A DNA stretch of 64,000 nucleotides from Microthyrium microscopicum (taxonomy: Eukaryota). The stretch's first letter is position 1. Each line of letters opens with the position of its first letter. The stretch covers positions 2,453,697 to 2,517,696 of the forward strand of contig MU004234.1 in assembly GCA_010405405.1 (NCBI GenBank), given 5' to 3'. The position numbers and the translations under genes are program-made. Below are positions 37,401-50,488 of the stretch, in pieces. The notes below the pieces were generated by a model, which was given only the letters and a program-made list of their open reading frames with translations, was not told the origin of the DNA and did not search any database.

Positions 37401-38909
37401 GACTCGCGCTCAGACGATTCAGAGTGGTTCTGCTCAGCAGAAGCTAGTTTCTGTTTAGTCTGCTCGACATCCGCCTTGAGCTCTTCAAGCTGCTTCAAAG
37501 TATCAGCAGAAGCACCCTTTTCGCTTTCAAATGTTTCCTTGAGCTTAGCCAGCTCGGCTTGGACGGCTTCAAGGTCGCTGGAAGCTGACTTGGATGTCTC
37601 AAGCTCAGTTTCAAGGCCAGAGATCTTGGATTCAGAATCGGTCTTGAAGGCCGAGAATTCGGAAGCTACGTTCTCATGGTCGGCTTTCGCGGTTTCAAGT
37701 TCCTGCGAGGTTGCAGCAATCTTCTCCTCCTTTTCCTTAATTTCTGCTTGCAGCGTCTCTAGCTGTTCTTTATGCTTATCTTCCAAATCAGACATGGCTT
37801 CAGCCTTCAACGAAGCAAGCCGGTCGCCGATCGACTTCTCACCATCTTCCGATTCTTTGGGCACTGGAGCTTCAGTCTCTTTCGTGGTATCGGTGCCTTT
37901 AGCAGCATCGACCTTGTGCTTCCAGTATTCGACTTCCTGTTCAAGGCCACGTATTTGCTCTTCCATCTGTTCTCTCTTTGTAGACTCGGCTGTCAGCGTT
38001 TGCATTACCCGGGTAACTCTCTCATGGTGGTCAGGTCTTACAGCTGCGGAAGCTGCTGCGGAAGGGGCACTATCACAATTAGTAAATTAACATAAATTCA
38101 AAGGGTGAGACATACGCAGCCTTGGATTTCAAAGCAGAAGTCGTCGAGGGGGCCGATCTCGCGGTAGTCGTGGTTCTGCTAGCCAGTCCAGTGGTTGGGG
38201 CTTTCGTGGTAGGCTTCGTGACGGTCGAAGTGCGGGCTGTAGTAGGTGGTGCTCCCACGCGAGATCTCGCCGGGCTAGTTTTGGTATCCGTCGTCGCTGT
38301 TCGCGAGGTCATGCCTGGCCGGCTTGTAGTGGAGGATGCCAAGGTTGTCCGTCGCTCTGCGCCCGCTGTCGCTGGTGTTCTTGCGGTGGTAGCAGGTGTC
38401 CGTCCAGTAGCCAAACTACTTCTGGCAGCCGTTGTACCAATTGTCCGCTTGGGCAGGCCATTGGCCGTCTTCTTCTCATCGCCGGACGTAAGATTGCCAT
38501 GAGATTCTTGATCTGAAACAGACGACTTGGATGCGGTTGTGAGGCGGCGAGCAGACGAGGTAGTAGGAGCAGCAGCTCTCACTGGAGGCTTGTTTAGACT
38601 AGTTCCAATCTTCGAGCGAGATAGTGAGCTGGTAGCAGTTGGTCTAGTAGTCGTGCTGGAAGACAGAGAGCTTGATTTTGGTGCAGCACCAACAACACCA
38701 CGCTTGGGAACACCAGAAACACCAGTCAAGCCACGCTTTGCAGATGTACCAGCGGCAGCGGTTTTTGTAGCGATTGGTGACCGTGACGTCTTTGGAGATG
38801 ATGGAGCAGGGGCTGCAGCGGCCGGAGATTCGCTCGCAGGTTCGGGAGTATCAAGCACAGGAGCTGGAGTAGGCTCAGCAGTGGGTGATTCGGTAGTGGA
38901 ATCGGCCAT
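34460..38909 (-). CDS. Large coiled-coil protein (about 1400 aa) with basic Ser/Thr/Pro-rich N-terminus, 4 exons
   Basis: ORF 38079..38909 splices (GTATGT..TAG) into ORF 34658..38005 (E/K/A-rich heptads). Two further short exons give LGALSEAARGLEELNESSLNETHRMLETISDLHPAAE*, with the stop at 34460. Confidence 0.8.
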
Positions 38910-40625
38910 GGTGGATTATAGTAAAGAAAGAAGCAAAAGAAGCAATGAAGAATGAATTGGAACGAAGAAAGGACAGAAGCTAGATGGCGGAGTGGAAAGG
39001 GGGCCTGGCAATGAGCTTTAAATTATATTCGAGAGGTAAGACAGGGGTGGGTGTGAGGCTTGAGGATGTGAAGCAAGGTCGTGATGATAAGACAGACGCA
39101 ATTTTGCAAGCGAGCTGAAGATGGCCAAAGGGGTAATTGAGTCACAAACGAGGTTTTGGCGATGAAGAAAATAAGAGTATAAACAGCGCAATGGAGTGTA
39201 TGGAGAGGATGAGAAGGATCATGGGAAGAAGCTGCAGAGTTCAGTTGACGCTAAACAGCACGATGCATCAAGCTGCCGTCAGGGAAGGCGCGTTACTGGA
39301 TACACGTTGGATCAACGCCAAAATTGGGCAGTCACGATCTGTGCACAGGCTGGCTTGACTGCTTTGGGGAGGAACAGAACGAAAGACGCGCCTGCTGTCA
39401 ATGTCAACCCGTCCCGGCGCGCCTTCCTATTCGCTACTTGCATTAGTTCCTTCAAGTTCCTTCCGAACTTCGGCCCCGGATTTACCCTGAAATCTCCAAT
39501 TTTCTCCAACTTCACCGCATCCTTCGTGTACTACAACCCATCAATATCTAGCACTTTGACGCTCAACGGTAGCAAAAACACCAGCCTGAAGCTATAGTTA
39601 CGTTCTTCCAGTTGTGTCTATAAATTTTTCGCTCCTGTAATCTTTCGTATCTCGCAAGATCTAGCAATTTCGACGGCGCGCTGTTCGATTTCACGTCGAT
39701 GGAAACTGAATGGCTTGCTTTCTTTACTCGTTTGTGAAATGCTTCTTTTTATGCTATACTCGTTGCTGTCTAGCTGCACACTCCAGTTCTGTTAAATATT
39801 GTAGCCTGATTGAAAATCAAGAGCTGGGAATCATACTCGAACAGCCCAATAGCCTATGGACAGCCACCAGGATATCTCAAAGCACACCTCAGTCACCTGG
39901 ATCCAAAATACCGTCAAAGAGATAGAAAAGGACCAACAAATCAATCCTGGCATCAGCGAACTTACGATATTGTTCTATGACTTGGAATATGCTTTGCTGG
40001 CAAAAAGAAGAATTTGCTCTCGTCGAGGATTGAACCAGCAAAAACTCGCCAGGAATGGACACCGTCGAATTCTTCGTCCTGTACTCTACTTCGAGGCTAG
40101 TGTATTCTGGTCGCATTCCCTTTGTAGTTAATAAAGCCGCAAAGTGTCGGACAGTTTCCCCGGACAGAAAAGGTCCCGCTTAGTGTTGGCAAACGGCAAA
40201 ATTTCAGAAATTTGAATATATGATGCTTCAAGCTTCCTTTTTGATGCCAGCTACTTTTTCTCTCTAACATCAACAGATTCATCAAATGTGAAAGATACTT
40301 CTCCGGCACGTCGCGATTGGATTCCTATGTTTCCATATATTTCTAGATATGTCAGACCAATACATGGCATCAGGACTAAACGGCAAAATAAAAGGCATGC
40401 TTTGTTCAATGGCGACGGCTGCTCGCACCTCTTTGGAAAGAGCCAGCGAAATTTCCCAGTGCATTCGATAATCTGTGTCAAGGTTCCTTTAGGTTGGTTA
40501 ATACAGCACTGTCTGCTTTGCACAATACTTGGTAAACATTGTAAGCAATCAATTATAATATTCTAGCAAACATTCCATTCATCCCACCAAGCCGCTATAT
40601 AAACATCAAGCTCTCAAAGAACGTC

Positions 40626-42290
40626 TCAACTACGTACCATAACCTCCTCCATCTGACCAGCACCAGACGTCTCCACATCCTCCTGAGCTTCCCCCTTTCT
40701 ACCCCAACCAGGATGCATACCATGCCGACACTCTTTCCCACACCTAGTGCAAATCCAGAATCTCACAAATCCACCAACAGCAGCTTTACACCCATGACAC
40801 ACTGCCCGCCTACTCTCCACCTGATCCCGCTCACAAATATCCGTCTCGTGCTTTCTGTTCCACCGGTCTGTGAGCTTCTCTGCGCCTAGTATCTCACAGA
40901 ACTTGCAGCAATTCGCGATCGGTCGTTTTGTACACTGACAGCGGTATCGCGTTTTATACGTTGTGTTGGCTTGCGTGTTGAAGCAGCTCACGCAGTAGAG
41001 TTTGCAGAGAGTGTGGTCATCGACCATTATCATGCTATAATATCTGGTCTCTCTGACTTCACAGTCTGCGCACATGGTGATTGCGCAGTGTGGGCAGCGG
41101 GTGCGGGTGGGTGCGTTGCAGGTGTATCTTTGCCAGTGGAGGGATAGTTGGCGGAAGTTGCGTTCGTTGAGGAATATGATGTGCCAGAGGTGTTTAGAGG
41201 TCAGGGACAGGTTGACAATGTCGCAGTAGTCTAGGTTGCGGGTGACTTGGACGAGGATGTCGTAGCTCAGGTAGATTCCGAGTTTGGTTTCAGTCATGGT
41301 GTTTTCGATGGCGGTGGGTTGGAAGCGGCGCTTTAATTGTCGTTGGAGTAGCTTCTCTTTACTTTCGGCTGTTTTGCGATTCAAAGACCGCCATAGAGAA
41401 GCTGTAGCGCGCCAAATGCAGTTTATGATTTGCGAGATACCTACGACGCCTTTGGCTGAATATCGATATGTGATCCAGATATATCGATGGCAGACGCGTG
41501 GGAGAAAAAATACCACCAAAGTCGGTAAGAGTATAAGCCCACAATCCACGAAACAAAACATCAAAAATCCACCAGAGAGCTGTGATGTCCGCGCCCATGG
41601 CCACCCTTGAAAATGAGCAAAAAAGTAGCGCCCTCCGCAGTCGGTATAAGTATTCCGAACAAAGTGGTTCGGTCTGCCCCATATCAGCGCAAAATTACAC
41701 ACCGCAGTTACTAGTAGGAAGCCTGCCATTACATGACCCTGTATAACCATCCAGATATAGTCTTTGCAAGCCTCTAGCGGATTTGAGTCAGGATTTGAAT
41801 GTTTCGCGGCCTGGGCTACGTGTACGAAAAAGCCCTTTTCGCCTGGAAGTGCGCCATATGTCTTCAAATCGTGAGCTTTACAGCCGGACATTGGTAGGAA
41901 AGAGGCGATGCGGATTCTTGGATAGATTAAGCCAGCGGCTAGTGCTGCATCTATCACTGCGAAGGTGAAGGCTGGAAGACCCACAACTGCAGCTGCTGGG
42001 AATGCGGTGAGAAGAGTCCAGACAAAAGCCATCGGGGCCTAGAGTTGTTAGGTTAGATACAGTTACTATTGGTCTTGCTTTGAGTAAAATAAGGCATTGG
42101 AGCTTACAAAAACTGCAGAAAGCTCTAACCACTTCCCCAGCTGTGCATAGTGCGAAGCTGATTTGAGATTTGTATTGTGCCGGAAATTGTTCCACAAATC
42201 GACAGTGACTCCAGTCAGAACTATCAATGGAATGACTAAAACCAACCGAATGGTTACAGAAATAAGAGTTGCATCTCGACGCTCAGCCAT
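40626..42290 (-). CDS. Membrane protein with N-terminal MARVEL-like TM bundle, F-box-like motif and Cys-rich C-terminus (paralogue 1)
   Basis: ATG at 42290 (MAERRDATLIS), one phase-0 intron, 4-5 hydrophobic segments, F-box-like LSYDILVQVTRNLDYCDIVNLSLTSKHL and many CxxC pairs. Confidence 0.8.
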
Positions 42291-42802
42291 AATGTTCTGG
42301 GTCCTCTTCTGCAGCTTCGGTTGGCTATCGCTGATGATTGGCCATGAAAAGATTGTTGTTCGAACAAGTAAGAAGTTTGACAAGTTTGTTCGAGGAAGAT
42401 GACTGTCTTCTGACGGTAGATATGTATAGTAGGTAGGAAGCGAGAAAGCCGCCAGTCACTCTGGACACAGAGGAAGCAGGTGGTAGTGGACGCTAAACAA
42501 TTTCATGTAGTATTTTGCATGCGCCTCTAATTACTACCTTCAAATATCACTGAATGATGCGAGATATGGTTCCAAGATCACACCGAACCCAATATCTGTT
42601 GTGGATATAAGTTCTTGGCTCCAGTTGAAGCCTACAGCATCAAGTTTATTCAATCGGTACCATAGAACCTACTGCTGAATCCTAGGATCGGTAGTCAGAG
42701 TGAGCTAAGTTATTACCATTCATAAGCAGACTAAGTTTTCGTAGCTGTTCAGATTGTCGAACACTATGACTTGAGTCCAAAGCACATACTTCCTAGATCT
42801 AT

Positions 42803-44468
42803 CTATACAATATCTCCATCGTCGATTTCATTCGCGATACCTGATTCATCAGAGGCCGTCATGGGCTCTCTACTCCATCTCCAAGCAGAGTGCATAGCAT
42901 GACGGCACTCCTTCCGACACCCTATACAGACCCAGAATCTAAGCAAACCGCCAACGGGCTCCTGGCACTCAAAGCACAAATTTTCGTCCTTGCATCGCTC
43001 TTTGACCTCCATTTCATGTCGAGCCTTCCACCTAGCCAGCAATACTTTCTTGTCAACCTTTCCAGGTCTATCATACGAACCATAGAAAATCGACGTCGGA
43101 AGAGTTGAGGGCGTACAGAAATTGCATGCGCGGGCAAACGGCTTAACCACACAAGTGCAGTGACAGCGGCTAGTGCTCGTCCGATTTGTAATAATGTTGA
43201 AGCATGTAAAACAAGATAGATGGCAGCCGTGGTGACTGCTGACGGCTCGGCTGCTAAAGGAGTCCATTGGTCTAACATCACAATCTCCGCACATGGCTAT
43301 CTTGCACACGGGGCAGTTGTTTCTACTTTCTTGGTCGCAGGTATACTGTTGCCAGTGATGAGATAGTTCCTCAAAGTTGGCCTCTTTGTCGAAAATGGTG
43401 TGTCTGAGACGCTTGGAAACTCGCGACAGATTGATGATATCGCGGTAGCATAGGTTTGTGGCAACAACGATGAGGATGTCGTAATTGAGAAGTTCGGCCA
43501 GATTACCGTTGTTGATTCGATTCTTTGGCGGCAGTGTGGGCGGTTCTGATCGTTTCAATCCTTCGTGAGACTGTTTGAGCTGTCTGCGGAAACGTAGTTG
43601 TTTGTAGTAATGTACTGCTGATATTTTAAGACCTGTTGTAAACTTTGCGCAACATCGGTATGTGATCCAGATCCAGCGGTGTATAGGCCTTGTTAAGACA
43701 AAAATGAGCAGAGTAGGCGGACCCAGTAGAAATACTTCGATCAAGCAGGCGATGAACCAGCAGCTTACACAGCTTTTGGGCCAACTGGTTCGGCGCCATG
43801 GCCAGCCTGTGAAGTGAATCCAAAATAATCGCTTAAGGTCAGGAGCGTTCCTGTCAATCATGTTTCTTCTTCCCCAAATGAGCGTAATATTACAGACTGC
43901 AGCTACTGCCAAGGCGACGCCTTGAGCCAGAAGCAAGAAATACAACTTGCGAAACTCCTCACACACCCGGTGAGGTGAGTTATTCTGAATGGTGGATTTG
44001 GGGGTATCCGCCAAAATGACGAAAAGACTCTCGTGACTAGGCGGTACGTGCCAGGTTGTCATGTTGTGATTGCGGCATCTATCCATGGGAACAAAGGATG
44101 GAATATGAAATACTGATCGAATAGTCAAAGTTGCCATCATGGCATCCAAGAGGGCCCAAATGAACGCTATTGTACCTACTCGTGTAGCACACGGCCATAA
44201 GGACCACAAGCTCCAAACCAAAGTGACTGTAGACTACGAAGTTTAAATTGGCTTGAGAAAGCTTCAAGAACTAGGCACGAATGCTTACCATATTTTTAGT
44301 CCATTGCAGTGTTGTCTTAAGCTGGGAGTGATAGGGCGGCGAATAGAGTTCTGGATGTTGTGTAGAGTCTTTCCAGAGGGGGTAGGAGATGGGAGTACTC
44401 CATATCATCGTTATACACAAAATGATACGTATCACCACGGATATGAGAGTTGCGTCGCGGCGCTCCAT
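42803..44468 (-). CDS. Membrane protein with N-terminal MARVEL-like TM bundle, F-box-like motif and Cys-rich C-terminus (paralogue 2)
   Basis: ATG at 44468 (MERRDATLIS), phase-0 intron at a similar position, LNYDILIVVATNLCYRDIINLSRVSKRL, and the shared motifs WPWxRTS, IWITYR, HWQxYTC and RFWxCxxCxKECRHxMH. Confidence 0.8.
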
Positions 44469-44930
44469 AATTTCGTTGTTCTTGGTCCTCTCTACCCAGA
44501 AAAAAAAAGAAGCCTCATGTCCGAGTGCAGAACTGCAAGAGACACTACCTTTGTGCCAAGACGTTTTTTGAAAAAGGCCAGAGCCTGTCTGGAAACAGAA
44601 TACGATCTAAAGTATGTAATATTCGCGACTTTGTTGGCCATAGAGAGAATTTTGAGCTTTTGTGGCCGACATGATCATGGAGCTATGAAGCGCTCCAAAC
44701 CTAAATCCCTTTATAGATGAATATTGGCTCATATTTGAGCTTGGTACGCCAGTCTGCCTTGACAAACGCTATAGCTGTTTATTTGGTGGCTTTGATATTC
44801 TACCGAATACACTGGTACCGTACAGCAAGCAGACCACAACATAGTCCTGCTAATCTTAAAATCTGTACCATGATCAGACACACCTACTTCGCGAAGGATA
44901 CTTCACACCGAAATACATCGAGCAACAGGG

Positions 44931-46638
44931 CTACTCTTCATCATCAGGCAACTCCTCCACGCGCCCCCGAATCGCCGCCTCAACTGGGTTAACCACGTCC
45001 ACTACTCCTGTCCTCTTTAATCTACAACATATTAGTCCCGTCCTCCACAATAGTAGAAAATTACTTACCTTTCAAAAAGCACAAATAGCCTCTCCGCCTC
45101 CCTTTCCTTCTCTTCCTCCGTCATCTCCGGTAAGTTGTCCACCGGCTCTGCATCCAACCGCTGTCCTGTGATCGGGTTCACCGGTACTCCGCCTGCATTC
45201 GCACCCGCACCTGCGCCCGCGCTTGGTAACGGAATACCCTTGCGTACCAAAAAGCCGCTCGCATAACCAAAGCCAACGTTCGCCACGAATTTCTCCGCAT
45301 CGCTGTCACTGAGCTCAAAGATAAGATTGCCAATCGCATCGCAGAGCGTCTCCGCAGCTGGGCTGGTAGTCAACGCGAGTAATCGTGAGGCAAGTGACTT
45401 GGAACGACCAAGAACTTGCGTTCTATCATCGACAGATGGGAGTAGTTGTTGGCGGAGATACGTGTCTGCGAGGGGAATGTTGGACGAGCGCATCTTGCTG
45501 AGGAGGGCGATGAGTGGGGAGGCGAGGGTGTTGAGTTCTGCTTCTGGATAGGCGTCGAGACATGATGAGAGGAGGTTGGTGAGTTTGATGAGGACGCTGG
45601 TTGGCGTGGCGGGAGGGAAAGCTGCTGTCGACCATTCGGGAGATTTGGCGTCAAGGTTAAGGAGGGCATTGAGTACTTGGGCGACGGGCTGGCGAAGGGG
45701 AGGCCTTTCGTTGGACAAGGTCAGGATCTTGAAGAGAGATCCGATCGATGGTGTGAGCGCCGGGATGAGGGCGGGCCAGAAGTGTGTTGTGTTGAAGATG
45801 AGTTTGGCGGTTTCTGTCAGGGCATTGTCAGCCATTAGATTGGTTATAGTGCTTGAGCCTTGATCTGAGAATCGTGATTCATGTTGTATCATTTTCTGAT
45901 CTTGTGAGTATGCGTCTTCTGCCTCTAACTGAATGCTTACATCATTTATTATATTGGCAAGGCCATGTTGCTTGGCGACGTCTTCGAAACTGATGGTCTC
46001 TTTCTCAAGATAAGTCTCTACAAAGAGGATCCGGCAAATTAAAAATTCATCATGTACTTCAGGGGACTGAAATCTGTGAGCGAGCTATATCAAGTGTTGA
46101 ATATGATGTAGGAACACACCTTCAATCTCTCTATGAGCTTATCCCACGACTTAGTCTCTGCGAGATATTTTCGAGTCTGAGTTTTCAAAAGTAATGAGTT
46201 CGCGATGCAACTCAATGCCTCTCGACTGGCAGCTATAGGTGTATTCTCATCAAAGGCTTGATTGACAAGTGTGTTGATTCCCTACGAACTCAACGTTAGC
46301 GATTAGGCCCAACGATGCTCACTTCATAAACCAACCTCCTTGGTGTATATTGGATCTGCATACGATGGGTCACGCCCGTATACTTTCAGTTTCTCTAAGG
46401 ACTCTCTTCTTTCTATGAGCGACATTAGCGTCATGCATGTAGATGGCGTGGTAGATCTGCGGCTAGCAACGAGGACTTACTTTCGCCGCCTAGTGTATTG
46501 GACTTCAAATCGTCTCCAAGCTCTTTCAAGATTCTTATTACATCATGTAACTTGGCTGTACAGAAATTAGAGTTCCTTGCTTTGTAACTGTTGCTTCAAC
46601 GTACCTGTGCCTGTTTTCGAAGGTGATATTCCAAACAT
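44931..46638 (-). CDS. ric8: Ric8/synembryn guanine nucleotide exchange factor and G-alpha chaperone
   Basis: C-terminal signature NVGFGYASGFL...VNPITGQRLD...EMTEEEKEREAERLFVLFERLKRTGVV. Multi-exon model from ATG 46638 to stop 44931. Confidence 0.93.
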
Positions 46639-49600
46639 TATGCTTTATTGCACGCAATTTCTCAAGGAAGAAAGTGTGTGTAAGATTTCGAAAATGATCT
46701 TCCAGCAACTTCAAAAACTGCTTGCGCAATGCTCGAGAACTGTGTAAGAAGTAAAAAAGCGTAAGGGGCAGGCAGCGGGGTCGCACCTGTTTAGCCTTGA
46801 GCTCGACGCTTAGCAACCCGATGAACAGTCCACCAAGCACGATCAGCTATGCGAACCCAGCGAACCGCCCGCAACAAGTTGAAGGAGTTGAAGGAGATGA
46901 AAGGAGAGAAGTGTTTCAGAGCCCTTGTCAGCCTTGGGGGTCCTGGATCCCTGGAAAGACGAATTGTTAGAGCTTGAGGTCGATCCGGACTCGGGCCGCT
47001 TAGCGCACAAACGGAGATGGATCCAGGAACAACGAGATGTATGACAAGGAATGAGCGGTTTGAAAGCTATCAGGCTGATGATGCAAGGTCGACGTCGAGT
47101 TGCTAAATTGATAGCTGTCGTCGGATACGGATACCAAAAATGGCCACGAGGTTGCAGGGTTCGTGCCAGTAATCCACGCGTTGAGCACTTCCCAACGAGT
47201 GCGATGTCTGCCACCCTACCTCATAGCAAATATACTCTGTAATTCCGAATGTATTCTGTATTTCACAAGCATATCTACTCGCTCTATGGAAAACAGAGTA
47301 ACCGATAACAGGACGGCGAATGGGAGCCAGCGAAGTTCATGGGAGCGCGCCATTGATTTTGTCGGCAGATTGGTAGTCAACCTTTGATTTGCACCGTAGC
47401 CGCATATGAATGAAGGATGGGAAGGTGAGTTGTCAGTCTATACAGGGCAAAGATTCACAGTATACAAGTCACCAAGTGCACGTCGACTGGTGGATGAATG
47501 GTCTCGTTTCTGATCTTTTATCAGGAGCAGCGGCGGGACCCCACTTGAGTTAGAGCATTTCTAACTTCCGTTTGATACAGAAAGGTGTATAATGGCTATC
47601 TGTTGTATGCAGTAGGAACAAGCTAGGAAAAATCGTCGTTTCAACACAATTCTTACCAAATTCTTGTCTAATCAGGCAGCAATACCCGGATTACTTACGG
47701 CACGGCACCTGCGGTCTACTTGACTTCACACTCAAGGCGCGAATTGGCTGCGGTAAAGATACTTCAAGCGCAGCACATATGCCGACGATATCAAGAGAAG
47801 TAAAAGAATGCCGCCAAAGTTCTCTGCCATGTGAGGAATACGTGGGGGTGTTGGTGTTACACAGGTTCGAACCTCCCAAGGCTGAGTCCTCATCGCCCTC
47901 TCGTCCTATCTTGAACCACAGCCCTCAAAAAGTATCGCCTCCAAATTGCCACACGTACAACAGCATCCATGGACCATACATAACATATGTTGTGTTTGCT
48001 GTTGTGTCCAAGCCTACAAGGCACGTGACGACGACGGCGGGGTGATCGTGGCCGAATCATCAACGAATCAGGATACGTAGACAGCATTTTGCCAAAGACA
48101 CGACCACAGCCAGTGGCAAGTGATCCTTCTCATTCGATGTTGTGATCCATGCTGTACGAGCTCTTGTAGACAGAGGAATGGAACGATTGGGCTATAGATT
48201 AGAACGGCTGATGTCCCTGTGTTTAGGATCCTAACGTCGTGTATGTGTTTAGCTCAGCGGCCAGGACACTGTAAATACTTTAGTGCTCCCCAGATGCTGC
48301 GTCAACTTTAAGTCTTTTCAATCTTCACGTACTTGCATCCCGCATTAGCCCAAGTGCACCATCGTGACCCGTCACGCTCCATGTTACAACTGGCAATTTC
48401 GGAGCGAGAAAACAATTGACATGTCATAGCCAGAGTATCGGCTCGCCATTCCAATAGTTGGCTGTCACCCAGGACCGGCTTGATCGACTTTTAAGACCAA
48501 GGCAAATGGACTGTTGGAAGCCAGGCATCATCGGCTGTATGATGGTAAATCGCGTGCCCAAGAGATAGGAACATAGACGGGCATTAGCCCTCTGACTACA
48601 TTCCCATTGTGCCCAACCCAAGGCAAAAATGCAAAGAGAAAAGAGTTGGCCAGTCAAGGTATGCCACGTCGAATCCGCAGCACCTTGCAATTCAAGAGTT
48701 TATGCCGAATCTGCCAACATTGATGAAGAAACCGCGCAAGAATAGGTTGGAAGCTCAAAGAGGTTGCTTGCGTGGGCCTGGGTATTGTTGAACAAGATTC
48801 TTGGTCGAAAATGCCGCAGAGTGGATGACAACAGAGACCCCAAATGAATCGAGCATTGAGAATCATCGAAGGTCGCCGCTTCTTTCTGCTTCCATGGAGC
48901 CGACTCGATTGCGAGAAGGTGCATCAGCTGAGTACCTAAATTCAACAAGCTCGCCATCGTCTTCGCGTGGAGCCAACACCCTTTGACCGGTCAGCCAGAC
49001 GGATTTCCAAGCTCTTCAGCTTATCTGCAGCAAAACCCAGGGCGTAAAAAGACCGTCAATACATATTTCTCAGCAGTATCGCAATCTTACACAAGCCCAA
49101 ATAACCACCATGTCGAAAGGCTTCGCTGGATGAAGAACTAGGATGAAATATTGCAAAAGGGGAAGAGCAAGCAGCGGGGAGAACAAGGCGTCGCGAGAGG
49201 AGAAGAGACATCACAAAACTTGGAGCTGCTCGACATGCTTAGTAAGTTTCACGCGGAGGAAGCCGGAATAACTATAGACCGAATTGCCGAACACATGAGG
49301 CTGGTCATGTGACTGAATCAGACTCCAGTTTCGCCAACGATATGCCCCGCAACTGGCAGCGACCCAATTCTCCTGTACACAATCTCTTCGCAACCTTCTC
49401 CTTCTCATCAGAAGTTATCACTATGGCTACGACTGGACCTCGAGCATCTCTCATCGATATCATACTACTGCTTACCAGGTTCAGCAGTTAGCACCCGGAA
49501 CCCGCAGCGGATCAACGGCTTTGTCGCGCCGGTGAGTTTGGCCAAACGATGGCTTGTCCGCCAGATTAATTCCCAGCCCATGAATTTTGGATTTTGCTCC

Positions 49601-50020
49601 AGTTACTCACGCTTTGCCGCCCCATTGGACCGGCTCAACGCCTGCACCTCACTTATCGCTGGACATGTCCAATCATTTTTGGAAAACTTGATCAATTCTC
49701 AACAAATGGAAAATCACTAGACTACTCCTCATATGTTGCGTTGTATCCCCTGTGGCCCTGGCTCGATAACCGCCTCAAGCAAACCCCATCGTATCAATTT
49801 TGTCTCCTACCCGGAATTGTTTCGACCAGGTCCTTCTTCAGACCGTCAACCCAATCAATTTTGCCTTCTTCCCTTGAAAAAGAATGATGGTTCGCCATAT
49901 CACCCCCCAACCCTGAGATGAAGAAATACATGGAAGAAAAATGTAAGAGACAGACCAATCATCATACTCAAGGAAATATCAATTGCCGTCCGTCAAACAT
50001 TGATGCGTCCCCTCAACCGC

Positions 50021-50488
50021 TCACTGGTAAGCTGGATATGGCTGCCCGTACGCCTGGGCGTATTGAGCCTGTTGGTACGCCGCTAGTTGTTGAGGAGTAT
50101 ACTGCACGGCATATGACTGCTGAGGAGCTGATGCTCGGCTTCGATTACTACCAATCGCTTTTGCCCGTTCTTCTCTTTCGGCATCGAGTTTGGCAATCTC
50201 TATCTGGACCCCGCATTGCTCGTCTCGGTACTTCTGAACTGTGGACTTCAGCTCACCCAATCGACCTTCGCTCTCCCACTGCTTGAGCTTGTCTTCGTAT
50301 TGCCACCAGCGACGTTTCTTTCGCTGAATCTTTTCGCACAAGGTGCAGTCTTTGTTCTGGGGAAGGACGTCATGGACAAGCTTCATACCACATGTTTCAC
50401 CTCGACGGTATTCCTTGGTGCAATGTTTTTTGAAATTGCCCCAGCGGAAGTCACGGCAGGCAAACTCGTACTGGTCATAAAAACACAT
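50021..50488 (-). CDS. Small fungal protein (155 aa) with Cys-rich N-terminus, coiled coil and Gln/Tyr-rich tail
   Basis: ATG in caacATG context; MCFYDQYEFACRDFRWGNFKKHCTKEYRRGETCGMKLV..CTLCEKIQRKKRR. Probable 5'UTR intron at 50518-50675 and a TATA-like ATAAATA near 50857-50863. Confidence 0.8.
   Translation of the reverse strand: MCFYDQYEFACRDFRWGNFKKHCTKEYRRGETCGMKLVHDVLPQNKDCTLCEKIQRKKRRWWQYEDKLKQWESEGRLGELKSTVQKYRDEQCGVQIEIAKLDAEREERAKAIGSNRSRASAPQQSYAVQYTPQQLAAYQQAQYAQAYGQPYPAYQ

Noticed and set aside
35572..38955. Several long plus-strand ORFs
   Set aside because: Antisense shadows of the coiled-coil gene.
39700..40566. Short plus-strand ORFs between the coiled-coil gene and the F-box pair
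   Set aside because: Could be a decayed gene, but I could not build a coherent spliced model or recognise any motif.
48400..49900. Cluster of 60-90 aa ORFs
   Set aside because: No recognisable domains and frequent stops; consistent with chance.
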